DNA of 64,000 nucleotides from Sphagnum compactum (lineage: Eukaryota). Shown here in pieces: positions 25,685 through 37,900 of this stretch (position 1 is the first letter of the stretch; each line of letters begins with the position of its first letter). Position numbers and translations under genes: made by a program. The notes under the pieces were generated by a model. That model worked only from the letters and a program-made list of their open reading frames with translations, was not told the DNA's origin and did not search any database. The stretch lies in assembly GCA_965153455.1 (NCBI GenBank), contig OZ234493.1, positions 32,106,213 to 32,170,212 of the forward strand. Reading direction: 5' to 3'.

Positions 25685-25990
25685 TTGGAGTGCTCACGAA
25701 GCACCCTATAGATATAGTGCTCACAAAGGAGCACACATATCACCAACACCAAACCCTAAACCCTTGAAGCGAAATAGTGACCACGAAACACCCTACACAT
25801 TTAGTGCTCACAAAGCAACAAATCTAGTGCTCACAAAACACACACAAATTATGAAGCATTAGACACTCGATCACCAATATTGCACAATGCTCAGTTAACA
25901 CCAAAATCCAAATTTGTTCACATAACACTAAAAATCCAGTGCTCACAAAGCACAACACACACCACTATTGTAGCATTCATGAAGCACCAA
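25685..25990. repeat. Short-motif cluster 5' of the hAT ORF
   Basis: agtgctcac(a/g)aa recurs at ~25689, 25716, 25803, 25826 and 25938. Confidence 0.6.
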
Positions 25991-27387
25991 GAAAAGCATT
26001 AGGAGCAATAAATAATGTTCATGAAAATTTGTTAAATAAAACATCACACAGATTACACAATTAATGAAAGAAAAAGGACAAACTTGCATAAAAGACTCAC
26101 TTGTTTACATCAATGCAAGTTGATTATTAGTTGCCAACAACAAATAAAAGTTGCAAATTTCAACATTCCTTTCAAACGTTCCTTTCTGTTGCGCATTAAA
26201 ATCATGGACATCCTACATAATGATGAAAGCTTGTGCTTTCTCAAGCAAGGGCACAACTCAACAACAAACTAAAAACTAGCCCTAACATTTCTAACCTAAC
26301 CCTAAAATTCCTAACCTTAAATCCTATCAATTGGCATATGTATCAAAAATATTGAAAGAAAACATGAACAGTCAATTGCAAAACATTTTCAAAACCAAAA
26401 ACCCTATAGCAATATACATATCCACCACTGAAGTTGATTACGAACTGATAGCAATAATTTATAATTTTCATACCCAATTTAACATCCACTATATTGGTCT
26501 ATTATCAATTAAAATCATTATATGTAAATGCAATGGCATGCACTCTCATTGACAAGATTCAAGTAAATATTTATTGCAAAAATATTCAACTTCCACATGA
26601 AAAAAAAGATATTATTTTGAACTTAAGAATTTTTTTGGTGGCCAATTGCATAATGGAAAAAAATCACAAAAATCAAAACTATTTAAGAAATCTATCTAAT
26701 TTTTTCTATTGAACAATTGCATCATTGAAAAAATCAAAAGATTGTCACAAAAAAGTCAGCTACTAAAGAGTTACATGAAAATATTTGCATATCCTTTGTC
26801 AAATGATTTCCATTATCACAAGATTATATGGATTTTTGGGCCACCATAAGTTCAAACTATTGAATTATTAATTTTAAATAACTATTCGCATGGCATAGTT
26901 TAACATTAGAAATTTTTTGCAATAAGGGGTAGAGGACTAAAATATAGTGTGATGGTGAATTTATTAAAGCCCATTATGCATGATAATGAATATATTGTGA
27001 TTTCTATAGCTTCTTTCCTTCCTACCCTTTCCATTGATTTAAAAAATGTTTGGGACTTATGAATAATGCATGCAAACTTTCATGTTTTTTGGGTCACTAT
27101 TGGGCCAAATAGTGAAATTTGATACAAAATGCACCACCAAAACCTCACATACACTAGAAAAAATCTACCAATTGTTTAAAATCCATAAAAAAAATTTGCC
27201 TTGTGCTCATGCTTTACAATGGGTAAAGCCCGGGGTGGGGAACATCCAATTGTCACATATGCAAAAAAGATGTCCATTCCTTATCACATTATCCCAAGTC
27301 TCAACCATTCTTATAACCATTTGTTCTCTTTGTTCCGAAGGTCATTGTTGGTGGATATTAGAAAAACAATCGACATGGATGTTTTAA

Positions 27388-27587
27388 GGTGTGTTCACAC
27401 TTGGTGTTACGGACTCTAGTGTTGAGTCCCCTAACATCATGCTAGCCATTTAGAACTTAAACCTAGTTACCATGAAAATTTTATGTTAGGCTTACATTAA
27501 GCTATCATCCATTTAACATTGGGTGCCATCTAGGATGCCACCTAGATTTTCATTTAACAATAACTTAACATCAAGTGCGAATGCACC
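27388..27587. mobile_element. 200-bp MITE with 22-bp terminal inverted repeats (Tourist/PIF-Harbinger-like)
   Basis: Left end is ggtgtgttcacacttggtgtta; reverse complement of the right end is ggtgcattcgcacttgatgtta (18/22, all mismatches are transitions). The left flank is TAA, but the right flank does not preserve a TSD. A similar terminus, ggtgtgttcacac, occurs at 59053. Confidence 0.7.
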
Positions 27588-28996
27588 ATCAGTAACAAAT
27601 GCAACTATAGGCAATGTCATCATTCTACATTGTTTTCACAAGAGCAAATGTCCATTCTTATGCTTTGAAAGGAAGCAAGAGAAAATTGGCACAATGAAAT
27701 GAATCATGGACAAGCTTGGGGAGACCCGAACCCACCGACTTGACCCTCTTGTGGGATTGCTCCGCAATTCTCCTTCCATCATTGCCTAGTAATCCGCCTC
27801 AACCTCATAAAAGGGTAGTTTGAGTCACTCTTACTATGTATTAAAAACCACCCGTGTTTGTGCCCCGTAAAACGCGAGAATTTTCACCTAGCCGCCGTCA
27901 ATTTCATGGTAACAACAACAACCCCTTCCGAGCGAGCTTTTTTTTCTCACAATGATGTAGTGTTCATAAATGAAATCCATTAATGAAGACATGATGAAGG
28001 GCATCATCTTCCACAACCATTCATCAAGGGTAAAAAGAATGGTGACAATTTCTCATACAAATATATCATTGCATGAAATATCTTGCTTAAATGTCAAGAA
28101 GGAAAAATACCCTTAAAGACAAGACCCACATGAAATTTGGGTTTTAGGGTTTAACCCTAAAACATAAACCAGCCTCAAACCCTATTCCTTTATAACTAAA
28201 ACCTAAACCAACCTTGTTGGGGGAAAAAATCAAATAGAGCCTTGCATTTGAGTGTGCATGATGAGAAAACTCCAAACCCTCATCATGATGGTGCACAAAA
28301 CCTTATGTGGCACAATGATGAAAATGAAAAAGCATAGGATGAATTTTTATTTTTTTGGGTTTGAAAATTAGATGTTAATCGGAGCCTTTTAAGTGGATCA
28401 ATTTGTACTGAATATTGAATAAAAAAATAGTTCGATGTGAAATAAAAAGGTTTAAAATATAAGGAGGCAGGTATGCCATGGTTTTGCATTATTTAATATA
28501 TACTTTTGAATAATAGATGAAATTATTTGAATATTTTTAATGCAAACAGCAAGGTATGTATGGCCCTTATAATTAACACATATAAATAGATTTTTAAATA
28601 TTTAATAAAATATAGCTACATTTGAAATTAAAACTCAAATTTCTTAAATATTAAATAAAAATTAATATTCATATTCACATTTCTGAAAAAAACATCATAA
28701 TTTTATTTTACAATTCACATTACTTTATGTATACAAGGTTTTTTTTTTTGACAACTTATATTACATAACAAAACAGGTGAAATTACAATTAAACACAAAA
28801 ATTGCACAAGCAAGGAATAAAATTATATACCGAACAAACTAATTAGAATAAATAGTTGAAATAAATGAAGCATCAAAATGATTTGCTTCCTTTTACCTAC
28901 TTCTAGAGCTTTTAAACTCTAGCCTATTTAAGCTAGCTCTATATTACCTATTAAGTAAGTGCTTTTCATAGATGTGCTTGAAATCACCTTATTTCT

Positions 28997-29780
28997 TTAA
29001 CATAAGGGGTCCAAGCCACTTCTAACCCTAGTAAGGTGTTGTAGACCCAAGTGAATGTGGGTAATCCTTGCACCCCCAATGAATGGATTCACCTCATTCC
29101 TCACACACATTGACACATCCCAAAGGATCGCATGATTGATTAAGAGCTTCTCCTCCATCCACAACATCATGGGTATTTTTCTTGCACTTGAGAACACGCC
29201 CCCTAAAGGGTGCATTCCCAAGCCATGAAGACCTATATGAGCCATGACGGTCGATTCCGCCATTTAAGACTTCTACTCGAAGAAGACGTGCCAAATGTGC
29301 AAGTGCAAGACCCTTTATATCCATTCAAAAGTCGGGCTCTATAAGTCCATTGCAATTGGGCGGGTGGTCGGGTCGGTCACCCACCACCCCAATTCCTCTT
29401 TGCATCATTTTGATACTCCCCTTTCTTTCTTTCCATTCGTTGTGGACCTTTAAAATAAGTGACAAGATCGATCCAAGTGGTGTAATATATGTTCTTTTGG
29501 ATGTGGGACTATATAAGAGCTAAGTTCCCCTTTGCACTCCAACAACAACCCTAATTGCATCCTTTTGGATGGATGCAACAAGCTCCATAACTTAACTTAA
29601 CAAAGGAACAAAATTCCACCTTCGGGCAATGCCCACTTACTTATTTTGGGAATGCCCAAGCTCTTTCAAGCGCTTTCATTGCACTTCAATGCCTCCTCAC
29701 CCTCGGGCGCACGCCCTCGCAATTCAATCGCCCTTATTGGGAAGGGAATCGATCACCTTGTCAAAACAAGTGCAACTTTG
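28997..29780 (-). mobile_element. Decayed TE coding remnant, probably the 3' (zf-RVT-like) part of an L1-type LINE; copy 1
   Basis: GC-richer block with MAHIGL..GMHPLG...EEKLLINHAILWD resembling the HxGLP...ETxxHxxWxC pattern. It shares ggtcacccaccaccccaattc and ttgacacatcccaaag with 33000-33500. Family assignment is tentative. Confidence 0.4.
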
Positions 29781-30560
29781 ATTTCATATTTTTATTTGTT
29801 TTTTTCTTATAAGCGCGACCATTCTATTCATCACAAAACTATATCATTTGCGACATTTTACACTCTTTATTTTTCTAGTTCAAAAGATTTTTGTGGTTGT
29901 AGGGGTGGTGAAATTAGGCTCACTTTTTTTACACTAGGAGTCAGGGCCCAAAAAAAACTTGGGGCCAACTTTGAGCATTTTTGGGTTGCAAATTGGCCTC
30001 AAGTTACACTAGTATGCTAGAACATATGACATATCAGGATATCAATAAATGCTCGAACATTGGCCTCGAGGGTTGCAAATTGGCCTACCAGCAAATTTGA
30101 TGGTATCCTTTTTTCCAATTTGCAACCAAATTGTCCCCAGGAAAAAAAAAAAAAAATCAGACAAAGAACCGTGGTTATATGTCACGACCGGGAGTTTGAT
30201 CTTTTGAGAGACATGGTTAGGAACCTTAAGCACGTTCGATAACCAAAGAGAGGTTTGGCGCCCGGTTTCTAATACCCGCCCAATACCCAGGACACTAACG
30301 AAAATAAACTGCCTTTTTTTTTTAAGGAAAAGAAAATGGCCAGAAAAAACCCCAAAAATCTATTAAAAAAATTCACCAAAAAATCTTGCTGACAATATGA
30401 AAGGGTGCTTACAATTTTTCTACTTTCATATTTTGAACATCGCCAAATTTTGGCTAAATATTCTTATAGAAATGGCCACTTGAACATCACAAAATTGCAA
30501 AAGAAAAGCATTGGCTTTCTGTAGGTGTGAACGCTATGCACATGATTTTATTTTATTTTC

Positions 30561-30800
30561 AATTTTGTGATGTAGCCAAAGTGGCGATCATCCATAAGAT
30601 GGTTTAGCCAGAATTTGAAACTAAAAAATATGAAAGTAAGAAAAAAAAATTTCTAGCTAGCATCCTTCTATTATTGTTTTGGCTATTTGCTAGAACATGG
30701 GATAGAATTTGGCAATTTTATTTTATTTTCTTAGATTTTTTTCTTGGTTAAATCTGGTGACTAAAAAACTCAAAAAACAATTTCACCAAAATTTTCGCCA
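30561..30800 (+). repeat. Dispersed non-coding repeat family (tgtagccaaagtggcgatcatcca... family)
   Basis: Colinear with 44051-44300 and 49871-50100. Reverse-orientation pieces lie at ~30390-30500 and ~43615-43680. Confidence 0.7.
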
Positions 30801-32989
30801 TTTAGAAAATAAATAAATAAACAAATAAATAAATGCCCTTTTTAAAAACCCATCTCAGGACAAGCAATCCTTGGATGAAAGCAATGCTTGGATGAAAGTC
30901 ATCGTCCCACACACGTACTTACTACGGAATTCTCTTGTGCCCAGCCCAGCCCCGGCGAGTCAGTCACTGGGTGGTGTGTCCTACTCTGCTGCCCGTGTCT
31001 GGAAATGTTCGTGGGGACTGACTAATGAGAGATGCCTGAAACAATTGCATTGAAGTACTTACTTACTTACTTACTTACTGCAGAGATGCAGAGCCAAACG
31101 GATTTGGATTTGGATTTGAGTGAAGAGGGAGCGAGGTGTTTCTTCAAATAGGTAGCTGTGCTCACAGTCATCTCACAGTTCTATTCTGTTACGGGACCAA
31201 TTGCAGGAGGAGAACTTGGGAGTCAAACTCTGACTCACCCATATACTGACATCTCTCCTGTTTTTTTTCTTCTTTTCTTTTTCCTCCCTCCTCCATAAGA
31301 ACATGTGTTCCTAGAGTTTCTAACTTGATTAGTTACATATTTTCACCACAGTTAGCAGCAGCTCAGCTCTCCCACTGGAAAGCGACAGTCCTTGCAGACA
31401 GTGAAGCAAGCAACAACAAGGCCCTTATGTCAGTGGCTTTCCATCAAGCTGTTGTGATCACAGTAGCACACTGATGTGTGTAAAGGGTCATCACAACCAG
31501 CAAACATCATCGAAAGAGAGCTTTTTAGTGTGCGTGTTTTTTAGCCAACTACCCACAGGGTACGTAGTAGTAGTAGTACTTAGTACTTACTACTAATAAG
31601 CTGATGATCTTCGATCGAGATGTGAAGAACTTCTTGGGAAAAATCAAACCAACGAAATTAGAGGAGCTTGCCATTGATTATGCCTGACGCGAAAACTCAA
31701 AAAACTCGTCAGGTGGCAAAAATCACATCTGACAACGCGCTTGTAAGTACAAATTGAAAAACGGTTTTTAGCTCCCCCAGACGTCCAGACTCGAGAGTCG
31801 AGAGAGCGACTCGCGCCTTCCCTCTTCTCGAGAGGCTCGCATAGGAGGAGGAGGAGGACGACGACGACGACGACGACGACGACCGTAGGACCGGTGGGTG
31901 ACCCGGCTCCTAGACACCTTTGTTTCGCCGGGTTTTGGTTAATGAGTAAGTAAAATACCTGTGTATGGTTTCTGTTGTTTTTTCCCAAAATACATGTGTA
32001 AATTTTATTATTTTTAATCTCTCATATTTTTAAAATATATTTTCCTGCATTTTCTTGCATTTTTTTTTGCATTGGGTTACTAATTGGAAGGAATTTAAAT
32101 ACTATTTTATTTTATTTTTAAATTGCTTTTAGTATATGCCAATCATCCTTATTTTTATTGGAATTTTTTTTGCACAAATGGAATATTTTGCCACATATTC
32201 TCTCTCTCTCTCTCTCTCTTTTTTGGGGCAGATTTTGGATTTTCTTTTTCTTTTTTTTGGGAAAAAATTCTCCACATATTCACTCTGGTTTTGGGTTGCC
32301 ATTTAATGCAAGATCCCTCGCGGGATGCTCACAACTAACACGGTTTTAGGAAAATGAATGAATAAATAAATAAATTGCCTCTAATTATCAAAGTTTCAAT
32401 AAAGAAAATAATAGTCAATATCAAAATCAACAATTTCATGAAATAATATTTTTGCATTTTTTAGGGAATTGCCCATAATCAAGCTCCTAATTAGAATTAT
32501 CAAGAACAAATCATCTGGATTGGTTTTTTGTGACCCATTGGAATATAAATAAATAAATAAATATCATAGAACAAAATTGCTGCCTAGAACCCCAAAAAAA
32601 ATCTTTGAAGGTTGAAATCATTTAGCCACATCTAAAATTTCAAAGCTCGTCTTCATTAAAAAATTTCAGTTGATTAGGAAAAATAAATAAATTAATAAAT
32701 AAATAAATCCAAATAGGTGAATAATATAATCATTGAACAAGTTGAAGAAATAATACATGACACACAAGTCTATCCAAACTTTTCAAGCATCTGAATAACT
32801 TGGCTTGAAACAACCCTAATTTTATTATGGCTATTATGCTTAGGCCACTTGCTTTCGAGGTTGTTGAAATGCATAATAAATGGCTCAAATGGCGTAACCA
32901 TATGAAACAACACACTTATGTGGGCACAATCATTGGTGATAGGGTTCCATACATGACATGACATTTATGTGGCATCATTTGAGATGTCC

Positions 32990-33500
32990 CATAAGGAAGG
33001 CTTTTTTTAAATGGATCCAACCTTAGTGAAGAAGAAGGCCCAAATATGTGACCTTGCCGAATAAATGTTTTCACCTTTTTTTTCCTTTACAAGGTTTGAC
33101 ACATCCCAAAGCTAGCATGCATGATTGAAAGCTTCTTTTCTCGAACATCATAGGTACATACATTTCTTCCCCATTTGAAGTGGCACTCAATTAAGTCTTT
33201 GCACTCTAGAGGTCACCCACCACCCCAATTCATCCCTTTTGTCATTTTGGGAATGACAAAATCCTTTCCTAGTGTTAAACTCACTCTCCAAGTGCAAAAC
33301 ATTCATTGCATTCCAAAATTGTACAATGTCATGTTGAATGAAATGTGGGCTCTACAATTTGCTAGTAAGTTTCATTGCACTCCAAGAACATACATCCTTG
33401 AGATGCAAAGGTTGATAAATGTTAGGTCTCATTGCACTCCATTAGTGCTCTCCTCTCCCCACCCCCCCCTAACACAAAATGGGTCCTTTAAAATAGAATC
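32990..33500 (-). mobile_element. Second diverged copy of the 29-kb TE remnant
   Basis: Same ordered motifs as 28997-29780: ttgacacatcccaaag at ~33096, ggtcacccaccaccccaattc at 33211, and ttgcactcca nearby. Confidence 0.5.
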
Positions 33501-34859
33501 ACTTGGGCACAAAGTGTGGAGGACTTTCATTGTAGTCATTCATTTACTCTTTATTGTTTGGCCTAAAAAAGACAAACACACATAAAATTATGTCATGAAA
33601 AAACATACCTAGTGGCTAGATTTATGACCATGGGCTTGGGATTGTTACACCACCCTTCACATGGGTGAATGGCTTGGGATTGTTACTCAATTAAAATTGT
33701 TGAACATATAACCTTTAACACGTATCATGGACAATCAAGGGATGATCAATGTCAATTAACAAAACAAATGGTTGAATAATGGCAATGTCATCACAAGATA
33801 TCCTTTCATTTCTTTTGCAAACAATAATTGTTTCCATAAGGTTTAATTGAAGATGTAAATTGACAACTCTTTGAGAGATTTTGAAATTATGATGATTGGT
33901 TATTCCTTGTTAATAGGAAGCAATTAGAAAATCTTGGGTTCTCAATATTGTCATTGCCCAAATATGGAATTAATTCGTGGAAGTCAAAAAGTTAAAGGGG
34001 AAAAGTTCTTTAATCTACAACTATCCAAAACCAATATGAAATCCAAAATGTGAAATCTTAATCAATCACTTGTAATTGAACTATTCAAGGTGTTTTGTGT
34101 TTATTACATTAATCTAAAATTTGTTGATGTTTTTGCAAATATTTTGTTCAAAAAATTATTATGAAAACTAAATTGGGTTATATTTGTCTTTTTGAAAAAA
34201 ATCATTATTTTTTATTAAGAAAAAATTCAAGGGTTTGCAACTCAATGAATTTATAGTTGCAATGGACACTTGCAACTATTAGCCCTTTTTTTTTTCATTT
34301 TGTGATAATTCTATGCAAATTAATATTTTGAAATGATGTGAACAACATGAGATGCTGTCATTCTAATAATGATTTTCAATTTTGACTCCTAACATATTTG
34401 TCCATTTACTTTTGCCTTTAAAGCCTTGACATTTGTGCTTTTAGACACATAAATATGGTATCATTACATCATGAAAAATTTATATTTTAGTTGAAACATA
34501 AAAATCAATAACCTAACAACATAATGCTCCAAGCCTAACTTTTTTTATTTAGCACAATTGACATTTCAAATTTCACCTTGTTTGTTTTGTGATGCAACAA
34601 AGGCTAATGCATTTTTAATATGTGAAGTGAGTTTAGGCCCCAAAGCTTTCCTTGTGCTACCCACATTCCATTGTGCTTTAGACACCTTAATAAAGCTTTC
34701 TTTCAACACTCACCCCATTAACACCCCTCACTAATACAATTGGCAACATTTCATGCATCCTTTTCCTTATATTTGTAACTTTTTTAATGGACTATATTGG
34801 ACTACCATTCTTTGCATAATCTATGACCCGCCCCTAGGCTTGTCAAATCATAGTACTAG

Positions 34860-34975
34860 TTTCAATTTTCTTATAAATGCAATGAAATGTACAAGTGAGG
34901 ATTTCTACAAAATTCTATTTGCATCAACACTACCATATAAGGTTAATGTTACGTTCCCATGATGTGGCAATTCTT
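34860..34975 (-). mobile_element. Possible PIF/Harbinger transposase fragment
   Basis: Minus strand reads NVTLTLYGSVDANRIL*KSSL, resembling the PGSxxDxRvL..S.L motif. Short and degenerate. Confidence 0.3.
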
Positions 34976-37900
34976 GACAATAAGGTGTTGTTTTTAATAA
35001 GATAATTTTAAAGATAATTTGGGTTTAGATTTTTTGATTAATTTTTTTAAAAACCAAAATGTCTTAATTATTTTGCAAATATCATGAAAACACATGTTCT
35101 ATTTGTACTAGCATTTTTTATTCATCACACAAATCATCCATACCTTTAACAAAACAATGCAAAATTACAAATATGTTGTCAAAAAAATCACATGCATGTT
35201 CTATCCAAATAGTTATCAACTATCGTATAACCATTTGATCATTTACATGTCTAAACACAAGCAATCTTCCTCATTGGGTGGTGTTTTCATCATTATAGAG
35301 CATCAAGTGTGACAAAAGTCATCTCATGACTTTAATATTTTAAAATACCAATTAAATATGAACACAAGGAAAATATGCGTTCAAGAAAATCACATGTGCC
35401 TCCAAATAAACCAAATTGAATCAATTGGCATAATCACTAAATCCTTTTATATATATATATATATATATATATAATCCATGAAACCATGTTGCATGTAAAA
35501 TGCACAAGTTGCACAAATATTATCAAAATCTTTGTGAGTTGTCATTTTAATTATTCCTAAAGATTTTCCATGCACCAATGGACGTGATTACAATAGAAGA
35601 GGCGTTTAAGCAAAATTCTCTTGTAATGGTGTGGCTCGTGTCGTGGCCCATGATCCCAAGTGTTGCAAACACAATGTCACACAAACTCATTAAAATCCAA
35701 TTATTATAATTGCATGCATCATTCAAATGGAAAAGCAAAAAAAAGGTTTACAACCATGACTAATATATTTGAAACATCATCATTCTAGACCATAACACAA
35801 AGAGGAATTTAAATAACAAAATGTACCTATGGGACATTCATGTCATGCATCAACAACTTAAATGCCATAGCACATGAGAGGAGTCATACCATAACTCTCT
35901 TGTGAAAATGTCTTGTGTGTTTTGTTCCATGTTTTAAACATAGTGGCTACATGTTATCCATTAATACCATTCTAAATCCAAACCTGGAAAGGCATAACAA
36001 AAATATTGGGTGTTTTGAAGATATTTGTTACAAAAGGTCAAAAACATTGCTTTTAAAGTGACAACAACCAAGTTAAACCATTAGAATCCATGCTTCACAT
36101 CAACGTGCAATGGATCCATTCTCAATAATGGACTCCATAATCCATGTTGATTTGCCCTAGATGTGCAAAACCAACACCAAAGACAACATAGAGAATCTCA
36201 ATTCCATGAAGATATCAACAAGGAATACATGCATCATATGTACACCAAATATATTTTTGGAATATTACAACACATCAAAACAAACTAACGACTTGCCAAA
36301 AATCAATTTGCTTAAAATCTTGTTGGAATAAAAAATTTACTTCATGTGTTAATTGTGTTCATTAATCATATTTTGTCATAAGTAAGATATCATACATATT
36401 CTTAGGCTTAACACTAACACTTATGGCACACAAATATCATTAGTCCAATTTTTGATAATCAAGATTGAGGTTATCCAAATTCTCAATTCCAAACCTAACC
36501 CATTGGAGAGTGGTGATCACACCTTGAACATTCAAATTTCATTGTTTTAATTTGTGAACTTGCAATTCCAAGCCTTGACAAGTTAAAGAAGATACATGTG
36601 GAAATTGCATCTCACATTTCTTGCCCATTATAACAAAAGGTTTCCCATTTTAGTTGATCACACATATAATCAATGAAATAATCGCATCTCAATTCTCAAG
36701 GTTGACATGATTGTATCATCACTGTAAATGATTTGCCCAAAGAATAAATTATCATCGTTGACCACTATTAGTTCCTTTGGGAACTCACATGATTCAGGTG
36801 AAAGAACACCCATAATAAAAGTGAATACACTATTTTAAGTCTCATATAATCTTTGTGTTTTTGAATTGAGGGTCAATCATGATCAATAGCATATTGTGTG
36901 TTTTGGCTTGAATTTAAAACCCATCAAATGTTAATCCAATCAAAGCAAAAGTTTTATAACTTGTGTTAACATCCTTAATTTGAATTTTTATATAACTTGA
37001 AATCAAATCAAAGTTCAATTCAAAGCCTCAATTCTACCCAAATAGATTTTATGATAATACATAATATGAAAGCATAAACAATTGCAATAGACAACAATTG
37101 TAAGGAGGATATGTTAGGTTGTTAATCATATTTTTACACCTTGGGTTAAACAAGAAAGTATATGAGTTTGATGAACACAAATAACTCATTAGACAAAATG
37201 TAAAATAACTTTTGATGATCCTAATGTTTTAACATTGTATTCTAAAACAAATTATCCTTGCAATTATTCAAACAAAGGAAAACACATGTGGGTTAAAGGT
37301 AGAAAAGAAATCACAAGCTACTTTCAACTATTATTGAAAACAAAGTATGTTGGTATTCACATAGACCTTTAGAAAGTAAGCCTTTAGGAAAATGATATTT
37401 GCCTAAAAAAACACTTTAAAGCAAAAGGTGATCACAACTATTATGAGAATCCCCACACATACATGTGTTGTTAGAGGAGTTCCCCAAGTTGAAATAAATC
37501 AATACATCTTAAAACATGGGAAAAGATTACCATATTTGAAATCCCCTTAGGCTGAAAGTTAAAAATCTTAAACCTAAAAGATTAAAAATCTAAAAAATCC
37601 ACAAACAAATAAATAAATCCATGTAGAAAAAAAGAAATTTGGAAAAGAGAGAAAGCAAAACAAGAAAGTATGTAAAAGCATTTCCACTTGTAGCGTTAAA
37701 GTGGCATGTATTGAATACTTTAAATGAAGTACAACCTTGAAGTAATGTGAAATTAAGTTTCAACTTGAACATATGCACAAGATTCAACAATTTCCAAAAC
37801 AGAAAATATGAATAAAAAATTAGCACATTTGATTGACTAGCCATAGTGATTGGCCCATGTGGTGGCATTTAAATTGTCTTTCACATTTTATTGTCCAAAT

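Noticed and set aside
31448-31501. Possible C/D box snoRNA on the minus strand (GTGATGA with a terminal stem)
   Set aside because: There is no CTGA box D next to the 3' stem (it reads CTGTGA), it is only ~55 nt, and I recognised no rRNA guide.
30855-31930. Conserved plant miRNAs or TAS3-type miR390 sites
   Set aside because: By eye I found no match to miR156/529, 160, 166, 171, 319, 390, 408, 535 or 536. A proper search is still needed.
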